This document shows, piece after piece, positions 24,576-37,189 of a stretch of DNA of 64,000 bases; the stretch's first letter is position 1; every line of letters begins with the position of its first letter. Position numbers and translations under genes: made by a program. The stretch comes from Macrostomum hystrix (taxonomy: Eukaryota; Animalia; Platyhelminthes): positions 2,728,001-2,792,000 of the forward strand of contig CATNEN010000032.1 of NCBI GenBank assembly GCA_950097015.1. The letters are read 5' to 3'. Under the pieces are notes generated by a model. The model ran no database searches, was not told the DNA's origin, and saw nothing but the letters and a program-made list of their open reading frames with translations.

Positions 24576-25418
24576 TCACTCCGTCTTCAGATCGCCCCCA
24601 TCCATAATCCGACGCCGCTTCTTGTCGTAGATCTCGTAGACGACGACGATGATCAGCATGATGACAATCTCGCCGATAATGGCCAACAAGGGGGCTAGAT
24701 AGCTCATCGGACTCTTGACCCGCAGGAACAGCTTGGCGGTGTTCTCGCCATATAGGTTCGTCGAAGCGCAGGTGATAAAACCACGGTCCACATCGTAACT
24801 GACTGAACTCAGGTAGATCGTGTTGTTGTTAGCGATTCTGAACGCCGGATCCACCGACTTCGTCCAGCGGATGTCGCCCGTTGGGTAGCCATCAACAAGG
24901 CATGTAATGGTGACACTCTCCCCGGGCCACACTGCAGAGTCGTATTCGTTCACTCCGTTCACCTTCACGGTGAGCAGTGGCACAGAGAGGAACCGGCCTG
25001 TGGCTCTGACGGTCTGGTTCACAATGCACACGTAACCGGCAGTGAAGTCAGACTTGATTGGATAGCTGATGGTCAGCACGGAGATGGTCGTGTTATCGCT
25101 GACAGACGTCGTTGCCACAGTGATCCGCGCATCGGCCGTCGGACTAGAATTGCTGTTCTCCATTCGCCAGATGGTGTCGCTAACTCTCAGCGTCGTCAAG
25201 CTAGTAGCCCTGCAGGTAAGAGTCAGCTTCTTCAGCTTGCCAATTGTGTATCGTTCTCCCGATGCGGACTGGCCATTGTCAGTGAGGCTCACCGACACAT
25301 TCTCAACGGTGACGTTGATGTCCTGAGCCGCAGCCCAGCCTGCCAGCAATAGTGTCGGCAGCAGCAGGGCAGCAGCAGCCATGGGGTTGTGGCGCTGACT
25401 GCGTCCAAGCATTGGCAC
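24576..25418 (-). CDS. Basigin/neuroplastin-like two-Ig-domain type I membrane protein (intronless CDS)
   Basis: Signal peptide; two Ig folds (LTCRA..W..YVCIV; ITCLVDGYP..IRW..ITCAST); a transmembrane helix with the intramembrane Glu typical of the basigin family (PLLAIIGEIVIMLIIVVVYE); basic tail. Confidence 0.85.
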   Translation of the reverse strand: MPMLGRSQRHNPMAAAALLLPTLLLAGWAAAQDINVTVENVSVSLTDNGQSASGERYTIGKLKKLTLTCRATSLTTLRVSDTIWRMENSNSSPTADARITVATTSVSDNTTISVLTISYPIKSDFTAGYVCIVNQTVRATGRFLSVPLLTVKVNGVNEYDSAVWPGESVTITCLVDGYPTGDIRWTKSVDPAFRIANNNTIYLSSVSYDVDRGFITCASTNLYGENTAKLFLRVKSPMSYLAPLLAIIGEIVIMLIIVVVYEIYDKKRRRIMDGGDLKTE

Positions 25419-27204
25419 CGGACTGAGTTGGCGAGATTCGCATCGACCAAGGAATTGTTCGGCAGTATGCCAGCTAAGCAGGTGGCGGGGATATTATTCA
25501 AGAAAATGGCAGAAATAGAGGAGAGCGCGAGGGAGCGTTTCCCCTTGGCCTCGTCGGCTTTTAACCGCAGAGAAAGGCCACTCCCAACCTTCCCTTCCTC
25601 TCCTCCTTACTTTGCGACTTCCTATTTCGATTGAATCTTTCAGTCGGCCGGCCAGCTGCCATTGGTCTCTGCCGAAGCAGGTTGGTGCGAGGGAAAGGAA
25701 GAACGCAATGCGCATTCAGTTGCTATGCGACAAGCCGATATGGGAAAATACTCACTGGGAAGAGGGGATAAGGGAGAAAAGTCTAGGAAGATTGTGCTCA
25801 GGGCTTATTTAATGACTGTCTCTTTTTGCCCCCCATCTAGTCTCTCCCATCTTCCTCCTCCCGCCTCAACTGCGCAGAGGATCAGACAAGACGTCGGGTT
25901 GGGACGGTTCTGCACTTTGTGCCGCTTAGATCTTGAGAAATCCGCTTCTAGCCGGTGCGCAGGACGGGCCTCCCATCCTTTTCCTACCTGCTCCGGCGGA
26001 ATAAGAAGCAACTAATGACAGGTAGAATAGGGCAGAAAGGGAGCGAGCGGGAAATGACGAGATCAGCTTACTTCCATGACCCTCTGCATCGCCATTTTCT
26101 ATAGCGAGTATAAGCACAACAATAGCTATCGCCAGATCTGTTGTAGTTGATCTGCAATATGTAATTCCCTATTGCTCTCGCTATACTCAGAGCTAAGTAA
26201 ACACCATATCAAGTGGGCTAGGGCAAACCTTGCAGTTCAACGAAATTTCTAATCTGAGCACGCGCGGATTTAATTCACGAAAAATGTGTGCGATTTCATT
26301 AAAATTCTGTATAGACCATATGTTATGGTTGCATTTGTTCAACCTGGAGAGTACACTCTGCATTTGTATGTGCTCAAGTGAAAGAGCAGTTAAATATTCT
26401 TCAATTTGATCTGGTAACGTTCCTTTATTATTTTGTTGTTTGTTTCTGATTTCTGTATTGTACGAGTAGCTAAAGAGTGGTTTCACTAAGAAAGGTAAAG
26501 GACGTTGTGCACTATACTCTTTTTAGTATTGCTGATTTTTTTACTGAAGTCTTCTGAGGCCGGGTAGGGACATAGGGTACTTATTTTTAGCTTTTTCCCA
26601 TAGGAATAGCCCCGGCTGTGGCATCTGGTCTCAGCCGCTTAGCTCTGGTTCAGCAGTTCATCCATCATTTCTGCAGCCAATCGTGTAGGTGTAATACTAA
26701 CAAAGGTAGCTCAATGAACGCGCGTTGCCTCATAAACAACAAAATTAAGTTCATAACAACGGGATGCCAAAGCAGAAAAAGATTTGCCCGTTCAGTTCAG
26801 TTCAAACAGCTCAGAACTGGTTAGCTGAAAAAAATCAAGCTTCAGTGGGTGGGACAAAGGAAACTATACATGCTGTCATGAGCGCGTTATGAGTTTTCTC
26901 ACAGTACAGCTCACATTGAGAGAGGTAGAGAGAAAAACTACCCCAGTTGCCTTGACAGCGGAGGGCGGGGTTGGTGTGAGGGCAGGCGTGCAGCTCAAAG
27001 CTGAGCTTGAGTCAATATAGCCCACAATGTACACTTGCTGCCCATTCTACCCTTGCAGGGCCGCACTCTGGACAGCTGGCGTGTGAACCGTTCTTCTTTC
27101 GAAAGCAGAAATTGAAAGAAAACTTTGACAACACAATAGCAGATTGATTGAGGAAATTTCGATTGTGAGCTGTCAGTCTCAACTGAATTATTCCAGAATT
27201 AGTC

Positions 27205-29908
27205 ATGTACAAAAAATTCATCCGTGAAACCTCTGAGCTGGAGCCGTTCAGGGCTCAGTGTGAGGCCTCTGGGGCTCACGGCGACCCGGAAGTCGACGAT
27301 CTCTGGATTCGAATCGATGCGCGCATGCGTCGACAAGCCGCGCGAGCCGACAGAGAGGCTGCGTCCACCTCTAGAAAATCCACCTCTCTGAGCAGCGAAG
27401 TTGCAACCGCTCAAGCGCGCCACCAGTGGGGCACTGTGCGCATCTTCATCTCGTCCACATTCAAGGACTTCTTTCCAGAGCGAGAGAGCCTAGTTAAGCG
27501 CGTCTTCCCCAGCCTGCGCGAGTGGTGCGAGAGGCGCAGAATCGCTTTATACGACTATGACTTGCGATGGGGCGTGCCAAAGGATAGCACAGGCTCGGAC
27601 GCAGTTCGCACTTGCCTCGAGCTTCTTGACCGCTGCCTGACGGAGACAGGTGGCCGCGCCTTCTTTCTGGGCCTGGTAGGAGACCGGTTCGGATGGGTCC
27701 CCGGACCTGCTGACCTCGATGAGGAGCTTCAGCGTCGCTACGACTGGACTTTCGGCAGCTCAGTGACGCAGATGGAAGTTGTTCACGGCGTCATGGCCCA
27801 GCTCAGCCCGAATGCACTGTTCATGATCCGCGACTCCGCCTGCTATGGAGCCCTTCCAGACGCTCAACGGAAAGATTTTGTGGAGCCCGCTGGCTCAGCC
27901 ACAGGTCGTCATGTCGCCCGACAGAAGCTGGAGCTGACAAAACGATTCCCACCCAGTCAGGTGCGCCTCTACACTGTGCGATACGCTGGCACTGTCAAGG
28001 AGGGGAAGCGCGAGCGCGTTCAGTTTTCCGGCTTGGAAGAGTTCGAACAGCGTGTTTTGGAGTTCTTCCAGAAAGCTATCTCGGCAGAGTTTCCTCTGCA
28101 TGTGGCGGCGGAGCCTCATGAATCAAGCGATCAGTCCGACACCTCATCGAGTCCTGCAGAAGACAGCGGCGAGTCTAACGAGACCCACATTGGATACATG
28201 TTTTCGCTGACTAGCAACGCCCGCGGACAGACAGCGTGTCTTAACCTGATGCGTGACTTTGTTCAAGCCGACAAGCCGGACGCTCGCAAGCTCCCACCGC
28301 TCTTCGGCGACGGTGAGGAGACCAGTGAGGCATCCGGTCTTAGGACGCTAGTGATTTGCGGTGACACTGGCGCTGGAAAGACTACAATTTTGGCTCGACT
28401 GGGACAGCTCTTTGTCGACAAGAAGGGCTTCGAGGTGATGGCACACTTTTCGCAGTTCAGCCCGACTTCTGGTGAAGTACAAACGTTAAGAAATAAGCTG
28501 AGAGACTTCTTTGTGGGCCTTCTGTCTAAAGAGACTGCAGCAAACATAAAGAAAGAGACGACACTTGACGAGATTCTGGAGCCTGTGTCCAAACTCGAAA
28601 GCCGACGCTTCCTCATCTTGATTGACGCCTATGAGTGCTTCTTCGAGTCCAGCCATCCCCGAGATCTACTTCCGCTCGCTTGGCCAACCAATGTCCGCTG
28701 CGTCATAAGCTGTCACAAGGCCGACGTTTCTCGCTGCTTCGGCGACCGGATTGTACACCTGTACGATCTAGAACCTCTGGAGACGGACACCTGTCGGGAA
28801 GTTTGCCTAAGCTACTTGGATGAGTTTGGCAAGAGATTGGATGCGGCGCAGCTGGCCGCTCTGCTGGGCAAGGCCAGCGCCGCCAATCCGCTCTGGCTGA
28901 CGCAGGCCTGCGAGGAGCTCCGTGTCTTCGGCGACTACGCGGCTTTATCGCAGATGATCGCCGACTTTCCGGACGACACGCATGAGTTGATGAAAGCGAT
29001 CGCCGCGCGCATTCTTAAGGACGACAAGTCGGACGGCATGGTGGCTGCCCTACTTTCGCTTGTGAGTGTTTCACGCGTCGGACTTTGGGAGAAGCACGCC
29101 AGAAAGATTTTACGCTTTTCCGCGCTACGCTTCGCTGCAAAAGCCATAGAAGGCCATGACGGAGGATGAGGAAAGTGAAGAAGAGGTACCACTGGCTGAG
29201 TACCTGCGCCTGCGACGCGAGACTAAGGCATTCCTGCGCAGCATAGCTCGCGAGTCCACCTGCTTGACTTTCCAGCACCGGGCCTCGCGTAGAGCCGTAC
29301 AGGAGCTTCTGCTGGCCGAGCAGGAGACTGCCTCCCGCTGGCATAACCTCATGGCCGACTTCATACTTGCTAACCATCAACTTTGCGCTGACGCCGCCCT
29401 GTCCCGCGACCTGCCGCATCACCTGTACTGGAGTGATCGCAGATCAGAGCTTCACAAGATTCTATCATTTGACCAGAGCAGCAGGCGTATCGCCATTCGC
29501 ATCCCGATGATCACGTCAAGTTATGTCTACAATTCCTGGCGCTGTCGCCATGCGAAGGTGGCGCCGACGAGCAAGCAGGCGTCGCTGGTGGTGTGCACCT
29601 TCTGCAAGAACCTGCCAACCCGGGTTGGCACCCTGAGGTCGGCTGGCTGCGCCTACTGCGGCATGATGACTATGCCGGGTCACTCAGTGCCAGCTGGTCT
29701 CTGCCAGTTGCACCAGGCTCCACTCGCCAGCCTGTTGCGCTGCTATTTTTGCGGTCGGCAGGATGCCAACGCCGCACAGTTGTCGCTGTGCGCCATGTGC
29801 AGCAACATGTCCAGCCCGATGTGGTGCTGCCAGCCGCTGCTCGAGACTGACAGGCAGTTCCAGCACGCCCAGCGCAGCCAGCAGAAGAGAACAAATCTGG
29901 CCTGGTGA
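27205..29908 (+). CDS. DUF4062-NACHT (TEP1/NWD-like STAND NTPase) with a C-terminal Cys-rich zinc domain; frame change near 29150-29169
   Basis: RIFISSTFKDFFPERE...DLRWGVP (DUF4062); Walker A GDTGAGKT; Walker B LILIDAYE; NPLWLTQACEELRVFG. The second ORF continues with a WHD-like segment (LTFQHRASRRAV) and ends in five CxxC/H pairs. Confidence 0.8.
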
Positions 29909-30596
29909 TCAGCAAGAGACAATCATTTTTACTAAAGACACGACAGCATATACTTCTAGCATACATCTGTCTGTACAAGCGTACTAGGCACAATTATAGT
30001 GGATTTTTATTTCCTTTTACAAATTATGCCTATGTGTACAGTCTCATTTGTCTAATGAGTCTGTGCTCACAAACTTTCTTCTTGTCCAGTTGCATTGCCC
30101 ACCGCTTCAATGGGATAAACATTCCGACTGTCATGTCGGATGAGAAGAAGACCAAAGCGCGGTAGAGGGCAAGTTGAGTAATGGGCAGGACTCACTGCTG
30201 CTGATGAGCTACTGTCTCACAGTAGGTAACTGCATGTAATTAACAGTCCGACGGGCTCAAAGGATAGTTACTGAGCAGTGGACACTCCTACTTGAGAACC
30301 CCGCCTTTCTTCTCCTTTGGTATAGTTGTTCTCGCAATCGGTTTGCTAACGGTTCCTAATGACGACATGTGACACAATAGACTTACGTATGTCGACAGCA
30401 AGCTATGATTCGTAGCTATGATAAGCTCTGATAAGTAGTATCTAATGCGCCAAATTTTTTTTCTTACCGACTTCAGTTGAAATGTATTGAAAAAAGCAGA
30501 AACAGGTCAAGTCTGTAACACAAGAAAACAAAGACTTTGCTATAAAATTTATCGCTGTTGCAAAAAGCGATACGATACCAAGGACAAATTGTAAGA

Positions 30597-30957
30597 GGGT
30601 CGGTGGCAGAGCGGTTATCGCGTTTGCCTCTCGCACCACGGTCCCTAAGTTCGACTCCGCGGCGAGGCCACATTTATTTGGGGCGCAGCTGCGGAGAGAA
30701 ATGGCTTGGGGGCTTGTCGTGCAATTTACGCCCTTGAGGGCCAACCTCCAAGGCACAGTGAGAGTGTACACTGCCTGACGATGAGAAATGTACACATGTA
30801 CACACCTGTGTGAGCGTATGCCTACGTACAGTATCTGTGTGCGTGAGTGCTCAGGAGCCAGCGAAATGGGCAGAATTGCCTCCTCGCTGGCTGCGGGTCT
30901 AGTGTCACCAAATGATGTGCCATTGCCCGCAGCCCTCCTGCAATTATTTTTATTATT
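30597..30957 (+). mobile_element. tRNA-derived SINE, family 1, full length
   Basis: Colinear with 23487-23851; A-box, B-box GTTCGACTCC, and ATT-rich tail. Confidence 0.9.
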
Positions 30958-31333
30958 AAGGACCAATCGCAGTTAGCTACTTTAGTAGTCCTTGACGAAA
31001 CACGAAACACAGCCTTCAAATTTTAACAGACTAACATGTTTTGATTTTTGGTCAGTTGCAACCGAGATTGCTTCTGTGTAAATATTAGTTCCAGGGATTT
31101 TTTGGCGCAATCATCGGCGATTATCCTGTGGGTGTTCTGAGTTCTACAACAACCACTCACAGAATTTGCCCTCCGATGGTTAATAACGTTTGTGAATTAC
31201 AGCCTGTTAGGTTTGTCCAATCCGTAACCTTTCTGGCCTAAAAACTGCTTAAGAAGTATAAAAGATAGCTTGCTAATTTAATGGGTAGGCTTGTTCCTTA
31301 CAGACGAATTGTTCTTTTCAGTAGAATATTATT

Positions 31334-32049
31334 ATAATTATTTCTTTGAGGTACGCACACCGATTGGGTGCTGATTTTTTTGTTTATTTTATGTTTGAGG
31401 CTGAACAATTCGATTTTTAAAAAAAGAAGGCGATAGGAAAACAGTAGCATGCATAAGATTAATTTTAGGTAAATAAAATATTTGAAAAAAACAAATATTT
31501 GAAATAAACAAAGCATTAAAACAAAAAATGAAATATTAAAATTTAAAGAAAAAATAAAAACTGTGACTAAAATCGCTTCGCTCACGACAGGAGAATAGCT
31601 ATTGTGTTTTTGCATTCTAACTATGGGCCTCAGGGCAGTGGCTTTTTTATCTAGCTTTAAGTATGCTTTCTATGAAGTCCACAAAACTTTCTGTTAATTC
31701 TGTGCTTTCCTGTGTCATCAAACACACAATTTTGTCATCAGCTGTTAGGCTTTCGAAATTTCGAACAGTACCTGCCACTTTCTCTATGAATTTATTTCTA
31801 ATTGGAACATAAACGGACCAATCGCATCCAAAGAGAATATGAGTTTCGTTCTCTACCTCGACTCTACATTTTGGACATGTTCTGCTTTCATAAGCGATTT
31901 TCGGTCTGACAGTGTGCAATGTCTCACAGGCCAGTTTGTGGTTTCCTAGACGAAATCTGGACCTTTGTTCTGGGTTAGAGATTATTGTTAGGTACTTTTC
32001 TCTGGAGAAATCTTTCTTAAACGTGTAATAGAAGTGGCTGAGCTTGGCT
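31334..32049 (-). mobile_element. 5'-truncated non-LTR retrotransposon (L2/Crack/Daphne-like ORF2 C-terminus plus 3' UTR)
   Basis: FRLGNHKLACET...RTCPKC..VENETHILFGC..Y..IR zinc-knuckle end; candidate 9-bp TSD AATATTATT (31325-31333, 32050-32058); a second copy near 41030. Confidence 0.75.
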
Positions 32050-32518
32050 AATATTATTGATGTAAAAAATTTGATTACACCTGCCCCGATTTGGCCGGAT
32101 GTGCAGCCGGCAGGACAGTCGCAGCTACTGCTGTTCAGTCCATTCTGAGCGAAATGCACTTCTGCAGAACACCTCTGCAGCTCATCTCTTTACTTTCGTA
32201 GAGTCACTTCTGAATTTCAATGAGTAGTTCACGACAAAGCAAAAAACTTCTCACCAGGGCGGATTCGCGAGAATCGGCCGCAGCTTGAGCCTCTATTGAC
32301 TTGACAAATATTTGTGCGACTGAGCGACTGTGACCCCGAGAAACATTTTTAACCGATAGTCTGCGAGTTGACTCCGTGAGCAGCTAAGACTCCAATAGAC
32401 GCTGATAGTCGCAGGCAAGTCCATGCAGTTATAATGCAAGGCAATGCTTCATATTCATTGTCCTGTCTTTTGCCTTCATCTTGCTTGATTCTTTCATCGG
32501 TCCACATTACGACCTCAC

Positions 32519-33040
32519 CGATCCAGTAGCTCTCCCGATCTCCGAAGCCGTTCTCGTAGACGTCCCAGTTCTTAGCGAAGCTCACTCGGCCGTTGATGCG
32601 CGGCTGAATCGCGCAGAAATTGTCACTGTAAATGACAGCCGTCAGCAAGCAGAATGGACCTGTGCAAATCAGGTAATATCAGGTACAGTTTTCAGTTGTA
32701 TCGAGAACAGCTTCAACATGGAGACAGGAAGATTCAGCAGGTGTACAATGTCCATAATCTCTCTCACGGATTCAAAGTCAAAAGCTAAATCCAAAAGTGC
32801 AAGACCCACCTCGCCTGCTGTACATGACGGTGGCGGGCTTGACCGTCCAGTTGGTCGGACATGTGGCAGAGCCGTCCCTGACGGTCAGCGGATCAGGCCG
32901 TTTAGCCACAGCAGGCAGCGAGAGGCGCAGTCGGACGCGCTCAAAGCCGGTGTTGAGCGAATGTCGGCGCGCGACCCGGCGTCGCGAGATGCGGCTACAA
33001 GTTGCTCGAACTGTGGTGACGACGCCCCGGTCTTAGGCAG
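32519..33040 (-). pseudogene. Inverted partial duplicate of the PAN-fibrinogen gene (exons 1-2)
   Basis: Reverse complement aligns with 34830-35090 and 35526-35666. The splice sites and the 141-bp exon 2 are retained; exon 1 has two internal deletions; the signal peptide and exon 3 are absent. Confidence 0.85.
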
Positions 33041-33300
33041 AAAAATTATATTTTGGCGGCCAGACTATACGCGACCGGCCAGTGCAAGTGCAGCCGGACT
33101 CAAAACCCCTCAACCTCAGTCTAGTTGAGAGGGTTTTGGCGCACCCAGCCAGCCGACTCACTAAGCCAAGATCGACTCAAGTGCCTGTCACGCAACCTCT
33201 TCCCATCTCCCTTTATCCTGCGCTGCTTTATTCGGATAATTATACACGCAATGTAGCATAAAGTTGTCGCTGACATTCCAACTCGTAAACAAAAGGCCTT

Positions 33301-33568
33301 AATATACAAATTGTAGGAGGGCTGCGGGCAGTGGCAACATAATTTAGTGACACTAGACCCGCCGCCAGCGAGGAGGCAATTCTACCTATTTCGCTGACTC
33401 CTGAGCACACACGCACACATATGCCGTAGTTCACAGGCATATGCTAACGCCTAACACAGGTGTGTACATCTGCCCTGACTTTCTCATCGTCAGGCAGTGT
33501 ACACACTATCTGTGCCTTGGAGATTGGCCCTCAAGGACGTAAATCGGTCGCGAAGACGCCAAGCCTTC
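33301..33568 (-). mobile_element. SINE family 1, 5'-truncated
   Basis: Matches the 3' two-thirds of the 23487 copy. Confidence 0.85.
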
Positions 33569-34771
33569 TTGTAGCTTTTACAGCTTCGTAGCTTCATCAT
33601 TAAAAAAGCCTCTAGAGCGACTGGCTTCACTGCATTGATAGCATAGCAAGCTCAAATTGCCTTAGCAACAGTCCACAAAGACTAGCACTTAGAGAAGTCT
33701 GAAGTAAAGCTTTCCAAGGAGAAATGGACATAAAAACTCTTCCTTCCTATCGTGTCAATCAAAAAAGTAAAAATACAAATGGCCTACGGAATCGAGGATG
33801 CACTTTTTGGTGTTTCTGTCATCAAATAAGCTAAAACGATTAGCGTCTGAAACAATAGGACATGATCAGACCAAAATTAAGGCTTTATAAGGGAGAGTAT
33901 ATCAGACCCGCCTCAGTAATGGATTTTCCAGACAGCTTAGAATAAAATAATTATTATAGTTCGCAATAGGCTTTATTTGAATATTAAGTCAGCAGCAATG
34001 AGAAGTCACCACAATTAACAAATTCTTTCGATCTGACTTCAAAGTTGACACATGTGAGCATATGACGGTAAAGAGAACAATCACTTCTAGTTGTCTGTGC
34101 CGCCTCGTTTGCGAAATTTATTGAGAATTCACCGGCATAATTAAATAATAAAGTAAGATAGATACGGGATGTGAGTTGCACAAATTTCAGGTGAGATCCA
34201 AGAGAAGTTGCTCACAGAGCTCAAAGTGTGAAGAATTTTCAATGTTGTCTACACCATTTCACAGTTGTAATGCAGCAACAACGAAAATATCGACTGCTAG
34301 TCAATTTGAATTTAGTGGTGCTCAAATGTCAGCTTATCACACTAATTTATTGACAAAATATTCACCGCAAAATACTTTTTTAATTTTGTTGAGAGTCAAA
34401 AATATTCCGAGAAAAAATATGCCGAGTTCCCCATTTAATTAAACAAATTGAAATTTTGTTATGTGAACAAATGCAACTTTATAAATAAAGCTCACGAATG
34501 GAACTGCAGAACCTTTCCGAATAATGATCATCAAGACATTAATCACATCAATACTTGCGTTTCCCAATGCCGATCGCGAGGTCTGGGCCAATGGGGCAAG
34601 CATCCGATTGGTTAGAATGGAGTAGAACAACCGGTAGCAGACAGTAAGGCGTCCAGGCAGAGATGTCAAGATTCTATATTGAAGTTTGAAGTATAAGAGA
34701 TTTTCACTACAAAACATCCTGTTTTGAGTATTATTTCAGTTCAACTAAGTCGAGCAGTCCACAGATCCGCA

Positions 34772-37189
34772 ATGTCGCCTGCAACAATGGCGCTGCTCCT
34801 GGTGGGCCTCAGCATCGCGGAACTCTTACCCAAGACCGTGGCGTTGTCACCGCAGTTCGAGCGACTAGCTGCCGCATCTCGCGACGCCGGCTGGCGCGCC
34901 AACATTCGCTCGGCACCGGCGTTGAGCGCGTCCGACTGCGCCTCTCGCTGCCTGCTGTGGCTGAACTGCCTGAGCCTCGAGTTCGTCCCGGCCGCTGACC
35001 GTCAAGAACGGCTTTGCCACCTGTCCGACCAGCTGGACGGCGGCTTTCCGTCTCCGGTCAAGCCCGGCTCCGTCATGTACAGCAGGCGAGGTGGGTCTTG
35101 CACTTTTGGATTTGGCTTTTGAGTTCGAATCCATGAGAGAGATTACGGATAGTTGCATTTGTACACCTGAGTCCCGGAGCTCGATTCCACGGTGAGGCCA
35201 CATTCATTTGGTGCGCAGTCGCGGAGAGAAGGCAAGGTGGCCTGTCGCGCATTTTAGGCCCTTGAAGGCCGACGTCCAAGGAGAGTGAACAGGCGCTGCC
35301 TGACGATAAGAAAGTCAGGCAGATGCACACCATCTGTGTGGTGTGTGCCTGCGTAAGGTATCTTCGTGCGTCTCTTAGGAGTCAGCAGAATTTTCGCCTC
35401 GATGGCTGCGGGTCTACTGTCACCAAATGATGGTCCCAAGCCACCCTACAAATGCTCTTTGTACTCCTATCTTCATTTTGAACCCATTCTTCTAAAAAAC
35501 TCATAACCGAAATAAATGTGCACAGGTCCATTCTGCTTACTGACGGCTGTCATTCACGGTGACAACTTCTGTGTGATTCAGCAGCGCATCAACGGCCGAG
35601 TGAGCTTCGCAAAGAATTGGGACGTCTACGAGAACGGCTTCGGAGATCGGGAGAGCTACTGGATCGGTGAGGTCGCAGTAGTGAGGGCTGGAGTGTAGCT
35701 ATAGAGCCTTATAGCTCAAAACCCACAAGAACTCACATGTCTTCACAAAAGTATATTGATTATGAACCTAAATAGCGGTCATAATTTACTCTTCTCATGA
35801 TTAGCAAATGATTCGCATTTTAAACATACAGATAAAACGTAACTACATCACCTTCCAGATGACAAAGCAACCTCCTGTACTGTTATCGAATGACAGAAGA
35901 ATCATTGCTTAGCACTGTTTCTGATGAGAAACATTTTTTTGAAACTTGCAAGCGTACCTTCTAGTAAGATTTCGTTTTAGCAGTGTAGATAGTACATTCA
36001 GTTACTTCCGTGCTGAATGAGCGCCTTAACGTAGAAAATTTGAGGTGCACTCGGCACATAAAAACCTGCTTACTTTACTTTATACTTTAAAAAGCCAAAA
36101 TTTATTTTGAAACTCACAAAAGAAAAATCAAGCCGTCAAAAAGTTTGGAGAATAGTTCTTGTATTCCACACGATCTCACACAGCTCCTCCCATGAAAACA
36201 GCATCGTGCGTCCTGGCTAGAAATCGTGCAGGTAACAATGAGAAAATTCAAGCTACACTTTCGGCGTTAGGAGTTCCAGAGAAAAAACCTGCTTGTTTTC
36301 CTGCGTTCACTTTGCTAAGCAACCATGAAATATACTGGGGAGGTTTAACATTTGCATGATAAGACTCACTTTCCCACCTCCTTATTCCCTCGAACATCTT
36401 AACGATAGCAAATATTTTCATTTACGATCAGATAAATAGGAATACGCTCGTACGAGTATTACAGGAAATCGTCTCTACTATCCGATGCACTTTTATTGGT
36501 TCGAGGCTTCAAGCCTGCCAACGTCGACAAACTCACTCTGCCTACTCAAACTAATTTAATTAATTAGGGTCGCGCCCTGCAGGTGAAATCCCACAACTAT
36601 GGATCAAACTGGGAAGGATTTTCTTACGCTGGTATTTTTTGCCGAAGAAACAACAAAACGATGCACCACTACAAAAGAACATGTACTTTTTGTTTACTGA
36701 AAGACAGCAAGAATGAAATGAACGCCCTCAGTTTGAAAGTTGACTAAACACGTTGACGCTGCAGGTTTGAAGAAAATCCACCAGCTGACGGGCTCGGCTG
36801 GCCAGCTGCTTCGGGTGGAGGTCACCCTCTACAATGGCAGTCGCTACTCCGGCGAATTCTCCGGCTTTCGTGTCTCCGGCCCAGAGAAAAACTACAGAAT
36901 GAACTACACCGCCTATCTATCGAACATCTCGGACATTCAGGACTCTCTGCTGTTCTGCTTGGGCGCTCAGTTCTCCACGCTGGATGTTGACAATGACGCG
37001 AAGGCTTCGGGTTCCTGCTCGGCTTTGCGCGGCGGCGGAGGCTGGTGGTACGCCGAATGCTCGCCGAGCAACCTGAACGGGCTCTACTGCGGCAATACCA
37101 GCACTCCCCTCTACCAGCACATGTATTGGTGGTTCTTGACTAGCGCCTTCGACTGCATCATCGAGTCGCGGATGCTGCTCAAGTTTTGA
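34772..37189 (+). CDS. Secreted PAN/apple + fibrinogen C-terminal (FReD) protein; exons 34772-35090, 35526-35666, 36765-37189
   Basis: Signal peptide; PAN pattern CASRCLLWLNCLSLEF...CHLS; FReD motifs VIQQRINGRVSF..WDVYENGFG..SYWIG, FSTLDVDND, GGWWYAECSPSNLNG. Two GT-AG phase-1 introns join in frame. Confidence 0.9.
35168..35450 (+). mobile_element. SINE family 1, diverged copy in PAN-FReD intron 1
   Basis: CTCGATTCCACGGTGAGGCCACATT...CTGCCTGACGATAAGAAAGTCAGG matches the family consensus. Confidence 0.8.

Noticed and set aside
26193-26486. 97-aa minus-strand ORF between the basigin-like and NACHT genes
   Set aside because: AT-rich, GTG start, no recognisable motif.
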